From a virus (lineage: Duplodnaviria; Heunggongvirae; Uroviricota; Caudoviricetes), in the IMG/VR virus record IMGVR_UViG_2791355477_000007: DNA of 64,000 nt. One strand, 5' to 3'. A program made the translations under genes and the position numbers. The notes below the pieces were generated by a model. It saw only the letters and a list, made by a program, of their open reading frames with translations. It made no database searches and was not told where the DNA came from. Positions 9,817-18,943 of this stretch are shown here, one piece after another (the stretch's first letter is position 1; the number at the start of each line of letters is the position of its first letter).

Positions 9817-10194
9817 ATGTATAGAAAAGAATTTATTTGTAGTGTAATAGGTTTTTTGTTTGCTATAATTGGCTCTATTTTGAACATGAATATCTTTTCT
9901 GGTGGTGTTCTTTTTATTTCATTATTAGGGGTTATATATATTTATAAAAAAAAGCTAAAAGGAGAGTCCATCATAGCTGATAGAGTAGTGAAAGCTCGTA
10001 TTTATGAAAAGTTTTATTCTCCTATATATGCTCCTGAAGGAAAAACAGTCCTATTCGAAAAATCGTTAGAAAATACATATCGAATTTTTACAAAAAAAGG
10101 GGAGTATGTACTCACTATACATTCTTCGGCACAAGGAATTGGCTATGAGTATAAGAAAGTATCAGATGTAGATTATTTCAAAGAAATTTCGTGA
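9817..10194 (+). CDS. small membrane protein, paralog family (type A)
   Basis: YRIFTKKGEYVLTI...KKVSDVDYFKEIS. Confidence 0.6.
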   Translation: MYRKEFICSVIGFLFAIIGSILNMNIFSGGVLFISLLGVIYIYKKKLKGESIIADRVVKARIYEKFYSPIYAPEGKTVLFEKSLENTYRIFTKKGEYVLTIHSSAQGIGYEYKKVSDVDYFKEIS

Positions 10195-10226
10195 TGGAAG
10201 CAAAATAATAAAGGGGTGAAAAAAGG

Positions 10227-10613
10227 ATGAGCAAGGCTAAGTATCTATTGGTAGGTTTAATTTTTGTTTTTGGAATATATATATACCCATACGTTGATGA
10301 GCTTGGTGTTTTAATCGGTGTTGCAGTTTTTGTATATTTTATTTTGTATGATTTAAAAACATTTATTGAAAAGATAGATGATAAGAACAAAGATATCGGA
10401 TTGAGGGAATCACTTCATATAGTCTTTTCTGCTCCTAAATATGCTCCTGAAGGAAAAAAGGTCATTATTGAATTTGTTAAAAAAGATGAGTATCGAGTTT
10501 ATACAAAAAAAGGAGATTACTCCATTGTTATTGAGCGAGGGGAAGAAGATGCAATACTGAATATGAAAAAGGAAAAATTATCAGACGTAGATTTCTTCAA
10601 AGAAGTATTTTGA
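10227..10613 (+). CDS. small membrane protein, paralog family (type A)
   Basis: PKYAPEGKKVII...YRVYTKKGDYSIVI...KLSDVDFFKEVF. Confidence 0.6.
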   Translation: MSKAKYLLVGLIFVFGIYIYPYVDELGVLIGVAVFVYFILYDLKTFIEKIDDKNKDIGLRESLHIVFSAPKYAPEGKKVIIEFVKKDEYRVYTKKGDYSIVIERGEEDAILNMKKEKLSDVDFFKEVF

Positions 10614-10634
10614 TTTTATTAAGAAAACTATGTT

Positions 10635-11027
10635 ATGAAGGGACTGATAAAGGTGAAGTATCTACTATTAGGAATTTTTATCTTTTCAATTTATAGATTT
10701 CCATCTTTCGATAATTTCAATATCTTAATTGGCTCATTTTTGTTTGTTGTTTTTATTGTATATGATGTTGTCAATATGAAGTTAAAAAGAGAAGAACTAA
10801 ATGAGGATGAGCGATTAAGAAAGATGATTTATAGAAATTTTCCTGCTCCTGAGTTTGCACCAGAAGGGAAACAGGTAATTATTGACCGTTTAACATCAGA
10901 TGAGTACCAAGTATATACAACAAAAGGAGCCTATTCTTTTATTGCTGTGAGAGGACCATTTGATTTAATTGTTGATATAAAGGAAGAAAAGCTGTCAGAC
11001 ATAGATTTTTCCAAAGTAATAGCTTGA
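10635..11027 (+). CDS. small membrane protein, paralog family (type A)
   Basis: PEFAPEGKQVII...YQVYTTKGAYSF...KLSDIDFSKVIA. Confidence 0.6.
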   Translation: MKGLIKVKYLLLGIFIFSIYRFPSFDNFNILIGSFLFVVFIVYDVVNMKLKREELNEDERLRKMIYRNFPAPEFAPEGKQVIIDRLTSDEYQVYTTKGAYSFIAVRGPFDLIVDIKEEKLSDIDFSKVIA

Positions 11028-11031
11028 ATTG

Positions 11032-11150
11032 TGTAAAGAAAAGAATGTAGCATCATGCATTCTTTTTTTATTTTGACTATAATTTATTTTATTTTTATTT
11101 CATTGACAATAGTAAATGAAATATTTATAATGATAACCATATCAATGGTC
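11032..11150 (+). repeat. direct repeat DR2 (partner of 3282..3390)
   Basis: see DR1; includes hairpin+T-run and TTGACA-17-TATAAT. Confidence 0.7.
11103..11131 (+). promoter_or_regulatory. sigmaA-type promoter inside DR2
   Basis: TTGACA 11103, TATAAT 11126, 17-bp spacer. Confidence 0.5.
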
Positions 11151-11185
11151 AAATATAAATGGATTGACAAGGAAGTGAGATATAG

Positions 11186-11389
11186 ATGAATGTGCATATC
11201 GAATATTTCATTAAGTGTTTGACAGAAATTTTAGAAAAAGATTTAAAAGAACATGCAGTAGATGTTCCAAATATGATTCAACAGTCTATTTTTTATGAAT
11301 TGATAAAAGAAGAGCCTTTATTTGCAACGCATTATCCACCCGAATATTGGTCTGATGAAATTTATAAAGAGCAAATTGAAAGGAAGTAG
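11186..11389 (+). CDS. hypothetical small cytoplasmic protein (67 aa)
   Basis: ORF with RBS GGAAGTGAG; no TM; no recognisable motif. Confidence 0.4.
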   Translation: MNVHIEYFIKCLTEILEKDLKEHAVDVPNMIQQSIFYELIKEEPLFATHYPPEYWSDEIYKEQIERK

Positions 11390-11393
11390 CGAT

Positions 11394-11840
11394 ATGGATA
11401 GATATAATGTATTGAGATTTTGCATTCCTATTATGGGCGGGCTTATGTTTCCACTTGTGGTGTTTTTTGATAATCCAATAATATCTTTGGGAATTATCAT
11501 GGGTATTCTATTAATTAGTTTTGCGTTCCATTTGGTTTTGAAAATCCATAAAATCAAGTACGAAGATTTGGAAAGAGCTGAAAAGTGTATTTGTTATGAG
11601 CTTGGTTTCCTTATGCTTGATAAAGAAGGATTCTCTATATCAGTGATAAATAGAGAAACTAAACTTAATGTAATCACTTTACTAAAGAGATGTTTTTTCA
11701 GTTCCTGTGAAAACTACAGTGTTTACACATCTATGGGAGAAGTGAAGGTAAGTGTTATGATTTACGATGAGATTGCTTTTATTGATGAAATGGATTTTAT
11801 ATCAAATGTTAATTATGAAGAACTTTTAAACGTAAGTTAG
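11394..11840 (+). CDS. small membrane protein, paralog family (type B, divergent)
   Basis: ATG 11394 with RBS AAGGAAG; ...LLKRCFFSSCENYSVYTSMGEVKVSV...ISNVNYEELL. Confidence 0.5.
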   Translation: MDRYNVLRFCIPIMGGLMFPLVVFFDNPIISLGIIMGILLISFAFHLVLKIHKIKYEDLERAEKCICYELGFLMLDKEGFSISVINRETKLNVITLLKRCFFSSCENYSVYTSMGEVKVSVMIYDEIAFIDEMDFISNVNYEELLNVS

Positions 11841-12084
11841 GAAGATAACTTTAGACTTCTTGTTATTACAAAAACGTTCGCATTATTATGAACAGCAATT
11901 TGTTATGTGAAAAACTTGTATGTTATTTTAAAATATTTTCTACATGGTTTATCCTATTTATTTTTTACAGAAAAACTATATGTTGTATACGAAATATAAT
12001 AAAAAAACGCTCCTGGCATAAAATACTATGTTATTACAAATCAGGTATTTTATGAATTTATTTAAAAAGGGGAGCGTTTTTATT

Positions 12085-12819
12085 ATGTCTATTTTTTATC
12101 ACATTTCAATGGATTTACAGCATTCAGGAGAGTTTGTACCAAGAATTCCATCTTGTCGTCATCAAGACAAAGAGGACGATGTGACAAACCGCATATGTGT
12201 GAGTAGAACGATTGATGATTGTCTTTCAGCTATACCAAGCGGAGGGGCACATTTAGAGGAGTTAAACATTGAACAAAGAGGATATTATAAAGTATTTAAA
12301 ATTGATACAGAAAAATTAGGTATCGAGGATTCAGATATTGTTTCATCGGATGTTTTATATCAAGAAGATTTAGTAAGAGATGCTGAAGTGACAAATGAGC
12401 ATTGGATTTTAAAAGGATTTCAGGTAGCTAAAGAGGATTCTTATATAATAAAGCTGATTGCTTGGGAAGAGTCTTCTAAAGATATTGTGCCAGAATTTAT
12501 TTATCGAATGGCAGAAGAACAGTATGGAGGAGATTATGTTAAGGCATACACTGACCATTTCAACGGCTATATGCCTTGCTCTACGTTTATAGTCGATGCA
12601 GGTTATGTAAAGGAATTTGTAAATGCAGGGATGACTTTGAGTTTTTATTTTGATACAGAGGAAGAGAAGGAGTATTTACTGTCTAAGTTTCAATTAGATA
12701 AAAGAATACATATCTCATATCAAGACATGGATACGATATCTATTTGCATAAAAGAAGATATGTCATGTGAAGAGTTATTTACTCAACACCTTCAATTCTT
12801 AAAGAATAATTTATTATAG
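12085..12819 (+). CDS. hypothetical protein; N-terminal half paralogous to 2793..3305
   Basis: internal ATG 12085 preferred (RBS GGGGAG, AGGTATTTT box 35 nt upstream); alignment with 170-aa protein. Confidence 0.5.
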   Translation: MSIFYHISMDLQHSGEFVPRIPSCRHQDKEDDVTNRICVSRTIDDCLSAIPSGGAHLEELNIEQRGYYKVFKIDTEKLGIEDSDIVSSDVLYQEDLVRDAEVTNEHWILKGFQVAKEDSYIIKLIAWEESSKDIVPEFIYRMAEEQYGGDYVKAYTDHFNGYMPCSTFIVDAGYVKEFVNAGMTLSFYFDTEEEKEYLLSKFQLDKRIHISYQDMDTISICIKEDMSCEELFTQHLQFLKNNLL

Positions 12820-12821
12820 GA

Positions 12822-13217
12822 GTGTTAGAAATGAAACTGCAAAAACCACTTAAAACAGTTAAAGTATGTATTCTATTATTAACTTGTTCATCTTTTTTGT
12901 TCGGTTGTGAGCATACAGTTAGAACAGAAGAAAATGTGATAGGACAAGTAGTAGATAGACAAATAGAAAAAGTGAAAATTGAAGGCGACTGCACTCAGAT
13001 TCCGATTGGGGATACTGGTGTTTTTATGCCAATTTGTGATGATGATAAAGAAGAAGAGCATTTTAATGTAACAGTTCAAGCCCATGGAATTACTACAATT
13101 CTTAATGATAAATCAATGTTTGAGAGCAAAGAGAAAGAACTTCCTGTTATTTATATAAAAGAAGTAGGGGAAGAATCAAACAAAGTCTATGATGAGCGGT
13201 TAATATTACCTTATTAA
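12822..13217 (+). CDS. putative lipoprotein
   Basis: signal peptide with lipobox LFGC (…CSSFLFGCEH); start abuts previous stop. Confidence 0.55.
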   Translation: MLEMKLQKPLKTVKVCILLLTCSSFLFGCEHTVRTEENVIGQVVDRQIEKVKIEGDCTQIPIGDTGVFMPICDDDKEEEHFNVTVQAHGITTILNDKSMFESKEKELPVIYIKEVGEESNKVYDERLILPY

Positions 13218-13392
13218 TGAAGAGAGCGAGTGTAAACTTGCTCTCTTTTATTTTGTTATTACAAATAAATACTCTGTTAAAAGATAAGTAATGTATATAT
13301 ATAAATTATAAGAAGATGAATTGTACTTTTGAACAGTTCAAAGAGCAGTGGATTAAATACTCACTGCTCTTTGAATATTTAATTGATATGAC

Positions 13393-14763
13393 TTATACCT
13401 GAATTGGTACATCAATTTTAGCTCTTGCTACGCAAACCCCTTGTTTAACTATATAACATTCAACAAAGTGTTCACCGTTAAAAGATGTACATTCTTTAAG
13501 TGTTTCTGAATTGGTTTTAATAATTTGTCCTCTTACACAGTTTCTTTCTTTCGCTACATCCCCACGGTTTTTAACTTTCCAATACACATGATATGGTTTT
13601 GTAACGTAATTGTCTTTTATATAAAAATCCAATTGTTTGCTGATTGGTAAATGCAGACCTCTTTCTAACCAATCATTTAAAAAATAAGGTCGAAAACCAT
13701 CCTGTGTAATGCGACAGTCTAAAGATAAGTGGTACTGAATATTTACAGGGAACATATATTCAATAAATTCCTCAGACTCGTTGTATAGTCTACTCTCTGT
13801 AGAAGCATAAGATTTGCTTACAGCCGAATTTGTTTCTTTTTCTTGTTCTAATTGTTTTTCCCAATATTCATGATTAAAGAACTCTTGCCATGCTTTAATT
13901 GCTTGTTCGGGTGTACAACCTTCCTCAAACAAAACTTCCAACTTTCCTAAATAAGTTGTTAATCTTCTTTCTAATCTGTCCAACCGAACATCATCTTTTT
14001 GAATTAATTTAAGGCTTTGCTCTTCATCAGTGGGGTTATTTACCTCTTTATCTATGGTCAATCTATCTCTTACTGCAACTAATGTATGATAAAACATTTC
14101 ATCTATGCGTGTTTCAGCTTGAAAACATTCGTTGAGAAGTACGGATTGAACTAAACCACCAGGCATTTCCCATTTAGGTCTGGATTTACAAAACATTTTC
14201 AACAGTCTTGCTACAATACGAAGGTTATAATTCTTCTTTTTATTTTCATTATTAAACCACTTGGTAATACTTCTTGGGTCTCTTGGCCGCCATTCGCTTC
14301 CGCAATGTTCGTATTTATATTCACCATATTCGTCTTTATATCTTCGATAAATAGCAAAATCAATGTGATAGCCCTCTTCATAAACAATTCGTACACAGTT
14401 TGTTTTTGCTGTAGGTGGTTCTTTAAATTGTTTACATTTCTTTTTCAGTGCGGTTACTACCATATTCTTTGTTGCGGTTGTTCCTTCAGGTAAGTTGTCC
14501 TTATCAAAAATGATAGCAACATCAATATCGTAATCTTTACTTTCATTTTGCACAACTGTAGACATAGCTACGCTTCCCTGAACAACGGTATCTACAATTG
14601 AATAATTTGTTTTCTTTTCCTCGTTGTATTCTTTTAATCCATCTTTTAATCTATCAAGATTCGATGTTCTAAGCTTAAATAATCGATTTTTTTCTTTACC
14701 TTGTAACACAACATGTTTTTTGTAAAACGTCATAAGCTTGTTATTTAAGTCGTACATAAGCAT
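13393..14763 (-). CDS. CBASS cGAS/DncV-like nucleotidyltransferase (CD-NTase)
   Basis: pol-beta NTase signature QGSVAMSTVVQNESKDYDIDVAII (GS...DxD) and downstream HIDFAIY third acidic residue; 456 aa; co-oriented and 6 nt from a multi-TM effector-like gene. Confidence 0.7.
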   Translation of the reverse strand: MLMYDLNNKLMTFYKKHVVLQGKEKNRLFKLRTSNLDRLKDGLKEYNEEKKTNYSIVDTVVQGSVAMSTVVQNESKDYDIDVAIIFDKDNLPEGTTATKNMVVTALKKKCKQFKEPPTAKTNCVRIVYEEGYHIDFAIYRRYKDEYGEYKYEHCGSEWRPRDPRSITKWFNNENKKKNYNLRIVARLLKMFCKSRPKWEMPGGLVQSVLLNECFQAETRIDEMFYHTLVAVRDRLTIDKEVNNPTDEEQSLKLIQKDDVRLDRLERRLTTYLGKLEVLFEEGCTPEQAIKAWQEFFNHEYWEKQLEQEKETNSAVSKSYASTESRLYNESEEFIEYMFPVNIQYHLSLDCRITQDGFRPYFLNDWLERGLHLPISKQLDFYIKDNYVTKPYHVYWKVKNRGDVAKERNCVRGQIIKTNSETLKECTSFNGEHFVECYIVKQGVCVARAKIDVPIQV

Positions 14764-14769
14764 CCTCCA

Positions 14770-15861
14770 TTAAGCTTGAATGTATTTACCTTTCTCGTCA
14801 CCGTTAAGAACAATGCCCCAAGGATATTTTTTTGGGGTATGCATATCAAAGAAGTAGCAGATAACTTGTGCCATTCTATAATTTTCAATTCTTTTTCCTA
14901 TTTCTAATGCTAAACAACTTTGACTGGAACAAACCAAATGAACTTTTGTTGCTCCAATTTCTTCAATCGTATCCATGATAGTTTTTACATAATCTTTAAG
15001 TTGATTTGTATAGCGTATTTTATTATCATCTGGTGTATCTACTGCCAGTTTCACAACATCTACGCCTTCAAACTGAGTTAATTGAGCATCCTTAATTTCT
15101 TTTGTGACAGAAATAGATAATACCACTTCTATTGCATTTGGATTTAAATGATTCAAATCTGTTTTAACCTCTAAAGCAGAGTATCCATTACCTTCTTTTA
15201 ACTCGTAGAATTTTTCAGTTTCTATTTTGTCGAACTCGAAATAATGGTCTATTTTTTCTCTTTGTAAATACGTTCCTGCTAATGCTACAAACGGGATAGG
15301 AGCGATACCTGTGTAACCTCTTTTAAACTCTTTACTTTCATCTTTAAAGGAAGTTATTTTTTCTTTCAGCATATTAGCGATATCTTTTGTAGTAGTAGGA
15401 TTTATACCTTTTTTATAGGTTTGAATGAAATCAATTTCTCTTTCTTTGAATTCAAATGTTCCTAAACCTAAATCACGATTATGTCCTTCAATTCTTTTAT
15501 CAAAATAACCGTTGATGTTTAAAATGAATATTCTATTTTTAATATATCTCCAGAAGTAAATTCCTGCTACGAATAATAGTGCACCGACAATAAGTTGAAG
15601 AACATTAGGTTCGGACATTTCTTTTGTAATAGCGATGGATTCTTTCGCTGTTTCGCTATTTTTTAAGATTGATAGGGTTTGGAGTGGTTTGTCCCAGGGA
15701 GAACCAAAAGCACTGACAACTAAAGAAAGACCCGTTGTAATTAACAAGGAGGATAAGCTTTGTTCTTTATTTTGGCTTGAAAACTGTTTGATTACAAACA
15801 AACCTCCAATACCAATAATAGCAATAACTAAAATGATAATAAAAATAGCCAATATTTTCAC
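14770..15861 (-). CDS. CBASS effector candidate: 3-TM N-terminus + ~250-aa C-terminal sensor-like domain (TM-SAVED-like?)
   Basis: three N-terminal hydrophobic helices then soluble domain; operonic with CD-NTase; SAVED assignment is inference from architecture only. Confidence 0.5.
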   Translation of the reverse strand: MKILAIFIIILVIAIIGIGGLFVIKQFSSQNKEQSLSSLLITTGLSLVVSAFGSPWDKPLQTLSILKNSETAKESIAITKEMSEPNVLQLIVGALLFVAGIYFWRYIKNRIFILNINGYFDKRIEGHNRDLGLGTFEFKEREIDFIQTYKKGINPTTTKDIANMLKEKITSFKDESKEFKRGYTGIAPIPFVALAGTYLQREKIDHYFEFDKIETEKFYELKEGNGYSALEVKTDLNHLNPNAIEVVLSISVTKEIKDAQLTQFEGVDVVKLAVDTPDDNKIRYTNQLKDYVKTIMDTIEEIGATKVHLVCSSQSCLALEIGKRIENYRMAQVICYFFDMHTPKKYPWGIVLNGDEKGKYIQA

Positions 15862-16126
15862 GCTCCTTAACCGTATTTGAATAGGAAATAAAAACCGTCA
15901 TCTTCTTATCATAAGGAGAATTGACTATATTTTGCAATTGTTTAACCTCTAAAAATTAAAATAAAAGGATATAATATAGTTTTTTTTAATAGAAGACGAA
16001 CTATGAAGGGAAATATGTATGCTGACAGAGATTTTATTGAATGAATGAAGTATTGGAATAGTATAATCATAGGAATATAAAAAAACAGGTATTTAAATAA
16101 ATTTAATGTAAAAGGGGCTATTTAAA

Positions 16127-16897
16127 ATGAATTTAGATGGAATGAAAGAATTAATTAAACAAAGTGCAATGAAAAGAAAACAAATGTTTACAGAATTGAA
16201 GGAACCTTGGGAAGTTGTTACGTTGTATTACGGAACAACAAGTAAAAAATTGAATGATATTTTACAACATGGAATTACTCCTCAAAATGGTGTACCTTCA
16301 CATCCTGAGTTGGTTTATTTAACAACAAAATGGCATTATTGGTACGCTTTCCAGGAAAATAAAAAATCATTAATTGCAACTGTAGGAAAAGAACGATATG
16401 AATCAGAGTCTATTACTTCTCTTTGGAATGAAACAGGTGACTTTCCAATTTATATTTCTTTAGAAGTGCCAAAAGAAATATTGGTATTAGATGAAAATGT
16501 GGTTCATCAATTAGATATTAAAGAGAAAATTCAAAATGGCGATATTGAAAGCCCAGATGATATTTCGTTAGAGGATTGTTTAGAACATGGCATGGTAGCT
16601 TCGATTGATACGATTAAACCTTGGTATATAGATGAGGTTAACATTATTGGTAGTGAAGAATATAGGGATGATTTGTTAGATGGAGCATATGGAGAAGAAG
16701 CGAATCTTTGGTTTAAAGGATTTGGGATTGGCTCAATAACTGCTGATTCATTAAATTTATATGAGCAAGTAGCTTATGGTAATTTAGTGAAAGTTGTGGT
16801 GTTTTCTCCAATTATTGAAGATAATCCTAAAATAAAAAGTATTTATATTAAAGACGAGAAATTACAAATTGACTTTGATTGGAATTGGTTTAAGTGA
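16127..16897 (+). CDS. hypothetical protein with Tpt1/KptA-like HGT NAD-binding motif (ART-fold candidate); paralog of 17071..17850
   Basis: LYYGTTSKKLNDILQHGITPQNG...ELVYLTT resembles KptA [29 protein letters not shown]; ~60% identical to next gene. Confidence 0.4.
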   Translation: MNLDGMKELIKQSAMKRKQMFTELKEPWEVVTLYYGTTSKKLNDILQHGITPQNGVPSHPELVYLTTKWHYWYAFQENKKSLIATVGKERYESESITSLWNETGDFPIYISLEVPKEILVLDENVVHQLDIKEKIQNGDIESPDDISLEDCLEHGMVASIDTIKPWYIDEVNIIGSEEYRDDLLDGAYGEEANLWFKGFGIGSITADSLNLYEQVAYGNLVKVVVFSPIIEDNPKIKSIYIKDEKLQIDFDWNWFK

Positions 16898-17070
16898 ATT
16901 AGCATAATAAATGCATAAATAAAAATAAAACTACCTAATTAATTTGATAATAGGTAGTTTTATTTTGTGTAATTATGATTAGAATGAAGAATATAGATGA
17001 TGTAGTATAATGTTATAAACATAACAAAACAGGTATTTTTAAAAATGCGATATAAAAGGAGCTATTTATA

Positions 17071-17850
17071 ATGAATTTAGAAGAAATGAAAGAACGAATC
17101 AAACAAAATGCGGTAAAAAAGAAACAGTCATTTACCGAAGTAGAAGAGCCCTGGGACACGATTACTCTATATCACGGAACGACAACTAAAAGATTAAATG
17201 AGATTTTAAAACATGGAATTACATCTCGAAATCAAAATGAAATAAATAATTTTACTCATGTGCCTTCAAATCCTGAGTTGGTGTATTTATCAATAAAATG
17301 GCATTATTGGTACGCTTTTCATGCGAACAAGGAGTCACTCATTAATCAAGTAGGGAAAGAACGTTACGAATCTGAATCTATCACTTCACTTTGGAACGAG
17401 ACTGGAGATTTTCCAGTTTATATTGTTTGTGAAGTACCTAAAGAATTATTGGTACTGGATGAAGATGTAGTCTATCAGTGGGGGATTAAAACGAAAATTA
17501 AGAATGGAGAAATAGAAGGACCAGATGATATCTCAATAGAAGAATGCTTACAACAAGGAACAATCGCTTCACTTGATACGATTATTCCTTTATATATGAA
17601 TGAGATTATTATTATTGGTAGTGAAGAATATAGAGAAGAACTATTAGGTGGGATGTATGGTGTAGAGGCAGGAAAATGGTTCCATGGATTTGGAATTGGT
17701 TCTCTTACTGCTGATTCATTAAGCGTACATGAAATCATGAAGTATAGTAAATTTCTTCATATACTGCCTGTTGAACCTATTCCAGAGCAAAATAAGTCTA
17801 TTAAACGGATTTATATTGAAGAGGAAGAATTACAGGTTGAATTTGAATGA
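17071..17850 (+). CDS. hypothetical protein with Tpt1/KptA-like HGT motif; paralog of 16127..16897
   Basis: LYHGTTTKRLNEILKHGITSRN...ELVYLSI; own AAACAGGTATTT box and RBS. Confidence 0.4.
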   Translation: MNLEEMKERIKQNAVKKKQSFTEVEEPWDTITLYHGTTTKRLNEILKHGITSRNQNEINNFTHVPSNPELVYLSIKWHYWYAFHANKESLINQVGKERYESESITSLWNETGDFPVYIVCEVPKELLVLDEDVVYQWGIKTKIKNGEIEGPDDISIEECLQQGTIASLDTIIPLYMNEIIIIGSEEYREELLGGMYGVEAGKWFHGFGIGSLTADSLSVHEIMKYSKFLHILPVEPIPEQNKSIKRIYIEEEELQVEFE

Positions 17851-18056
17851 TAGAGAATCTGAATTAGGTATCCTTTCACAAGGTTCTACGATATAATAAA
17901 TATATATCTGTTCTATATTTTTTGTGGAGCATCCATCATTATTTGATGGGTGTTTTTTTATAAGCTCGAACCATTTTGGTCTATCTATATAGATGAAATA
18001 TGGATAAAATGAAATTGTAGAGCTAACAACCTTTTATAAAAAGAATATTAATAGGG

Positions 18057-18725
18057 GTAAGTGTTATTAAATTTAGGTATCATCATACTCTAATTATATA
18101 TGAACTTCATGTTATTAGAACATGTTTGCAAATTCGTCAAACAGAAGTTAATTACTTATAAAGAACTAATTGTTATTAAAAGTAGGGAGTCTTGTCTTTA
18201 TCTATTATATAAAACTATATGTTATTAAAAGAACGGTTCTTTCTTAATTAATTTATATTGAACTATATGTTGTTAAAAGAATAATAAATTGAGGAGAAAG
18301 ATTTGGATGAATATTAGGCAGTTAAAAGAAAAAGAAGTTACAATGAATGCTTTGAATGGATTTGCTAATCGGACTAAAAAAGCAATAAAGCATTTGAAAA
18401 AGGAAAATGCCCCAAATTTAGTTGTGGAGACTCTTGTAGACCAAATAGAGATTGCAAAGAGATTAGCAGGAGAATTAAAAAATGAAATCTCAGAAGACAT
18501 CAAAGAAAGAGCACTCCAGAGAATTAATTACGGTGATATAACTGAAGTGAAGTTTGTTCCAGAAAATTAAAGTGTTTGAAAAATATAAAGAACTCAATGT
18601 TATTGAAACCTGCCATTTAAATGGAAGTAGTAGTTGGTAATTTATCGTTCGAACTATTTGTTATTAGCATTATAAGGACGCCTTTATTTAGCAAAAACTT
18701 ATAAAAAACTATATGTTATCTATTA
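18057..18725 (+). repeat. array A of degenerate 19-bp repeats (rAACTwwwTGTTATTrrAA), 8 units, interrupted by a small ORF
   Basis: units at ~18057,18102,18162,18211,18260,18589,18651,18706; spacing 45-62 bp; preceded by AAGCTCGAACCATTTTGGTCTATCTATATA at 17963. Confidence 0.7.
18305..18570 (+). CDS. hypothetical small protein embedded in repeat array A
   Basis: RBS GAGGAG 8 nt before ATG 18305; helical, Lys/Glu-rich. Confidence 0.35.
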
Positions 18726-18943
18726 TTTATTATGAACAATGGCTATTGTAGTCATTGTTTTTATTTTGTTTTTTATTCTCTTATGTATCCGATATAACTT
18801 GCTTATAATATATAGATTTAATGAAAAAGGAGTGATAATTTCACAATGTAAAAAAGTTATGTTTTTAAAAAGGATTTTTATTGTTCTGTATCAATTATAT
18901 GTATGTAGTTGATTTGCTTTTTATTTTAAAGAGGTGATATTGT

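Noticed and set aside
14211-14493. ORFs 14211..14396(-) and 14305..14493(+) inside the CD-NTase gene
   Set aside because: Embedded in the NTase reading frame region; spurious.
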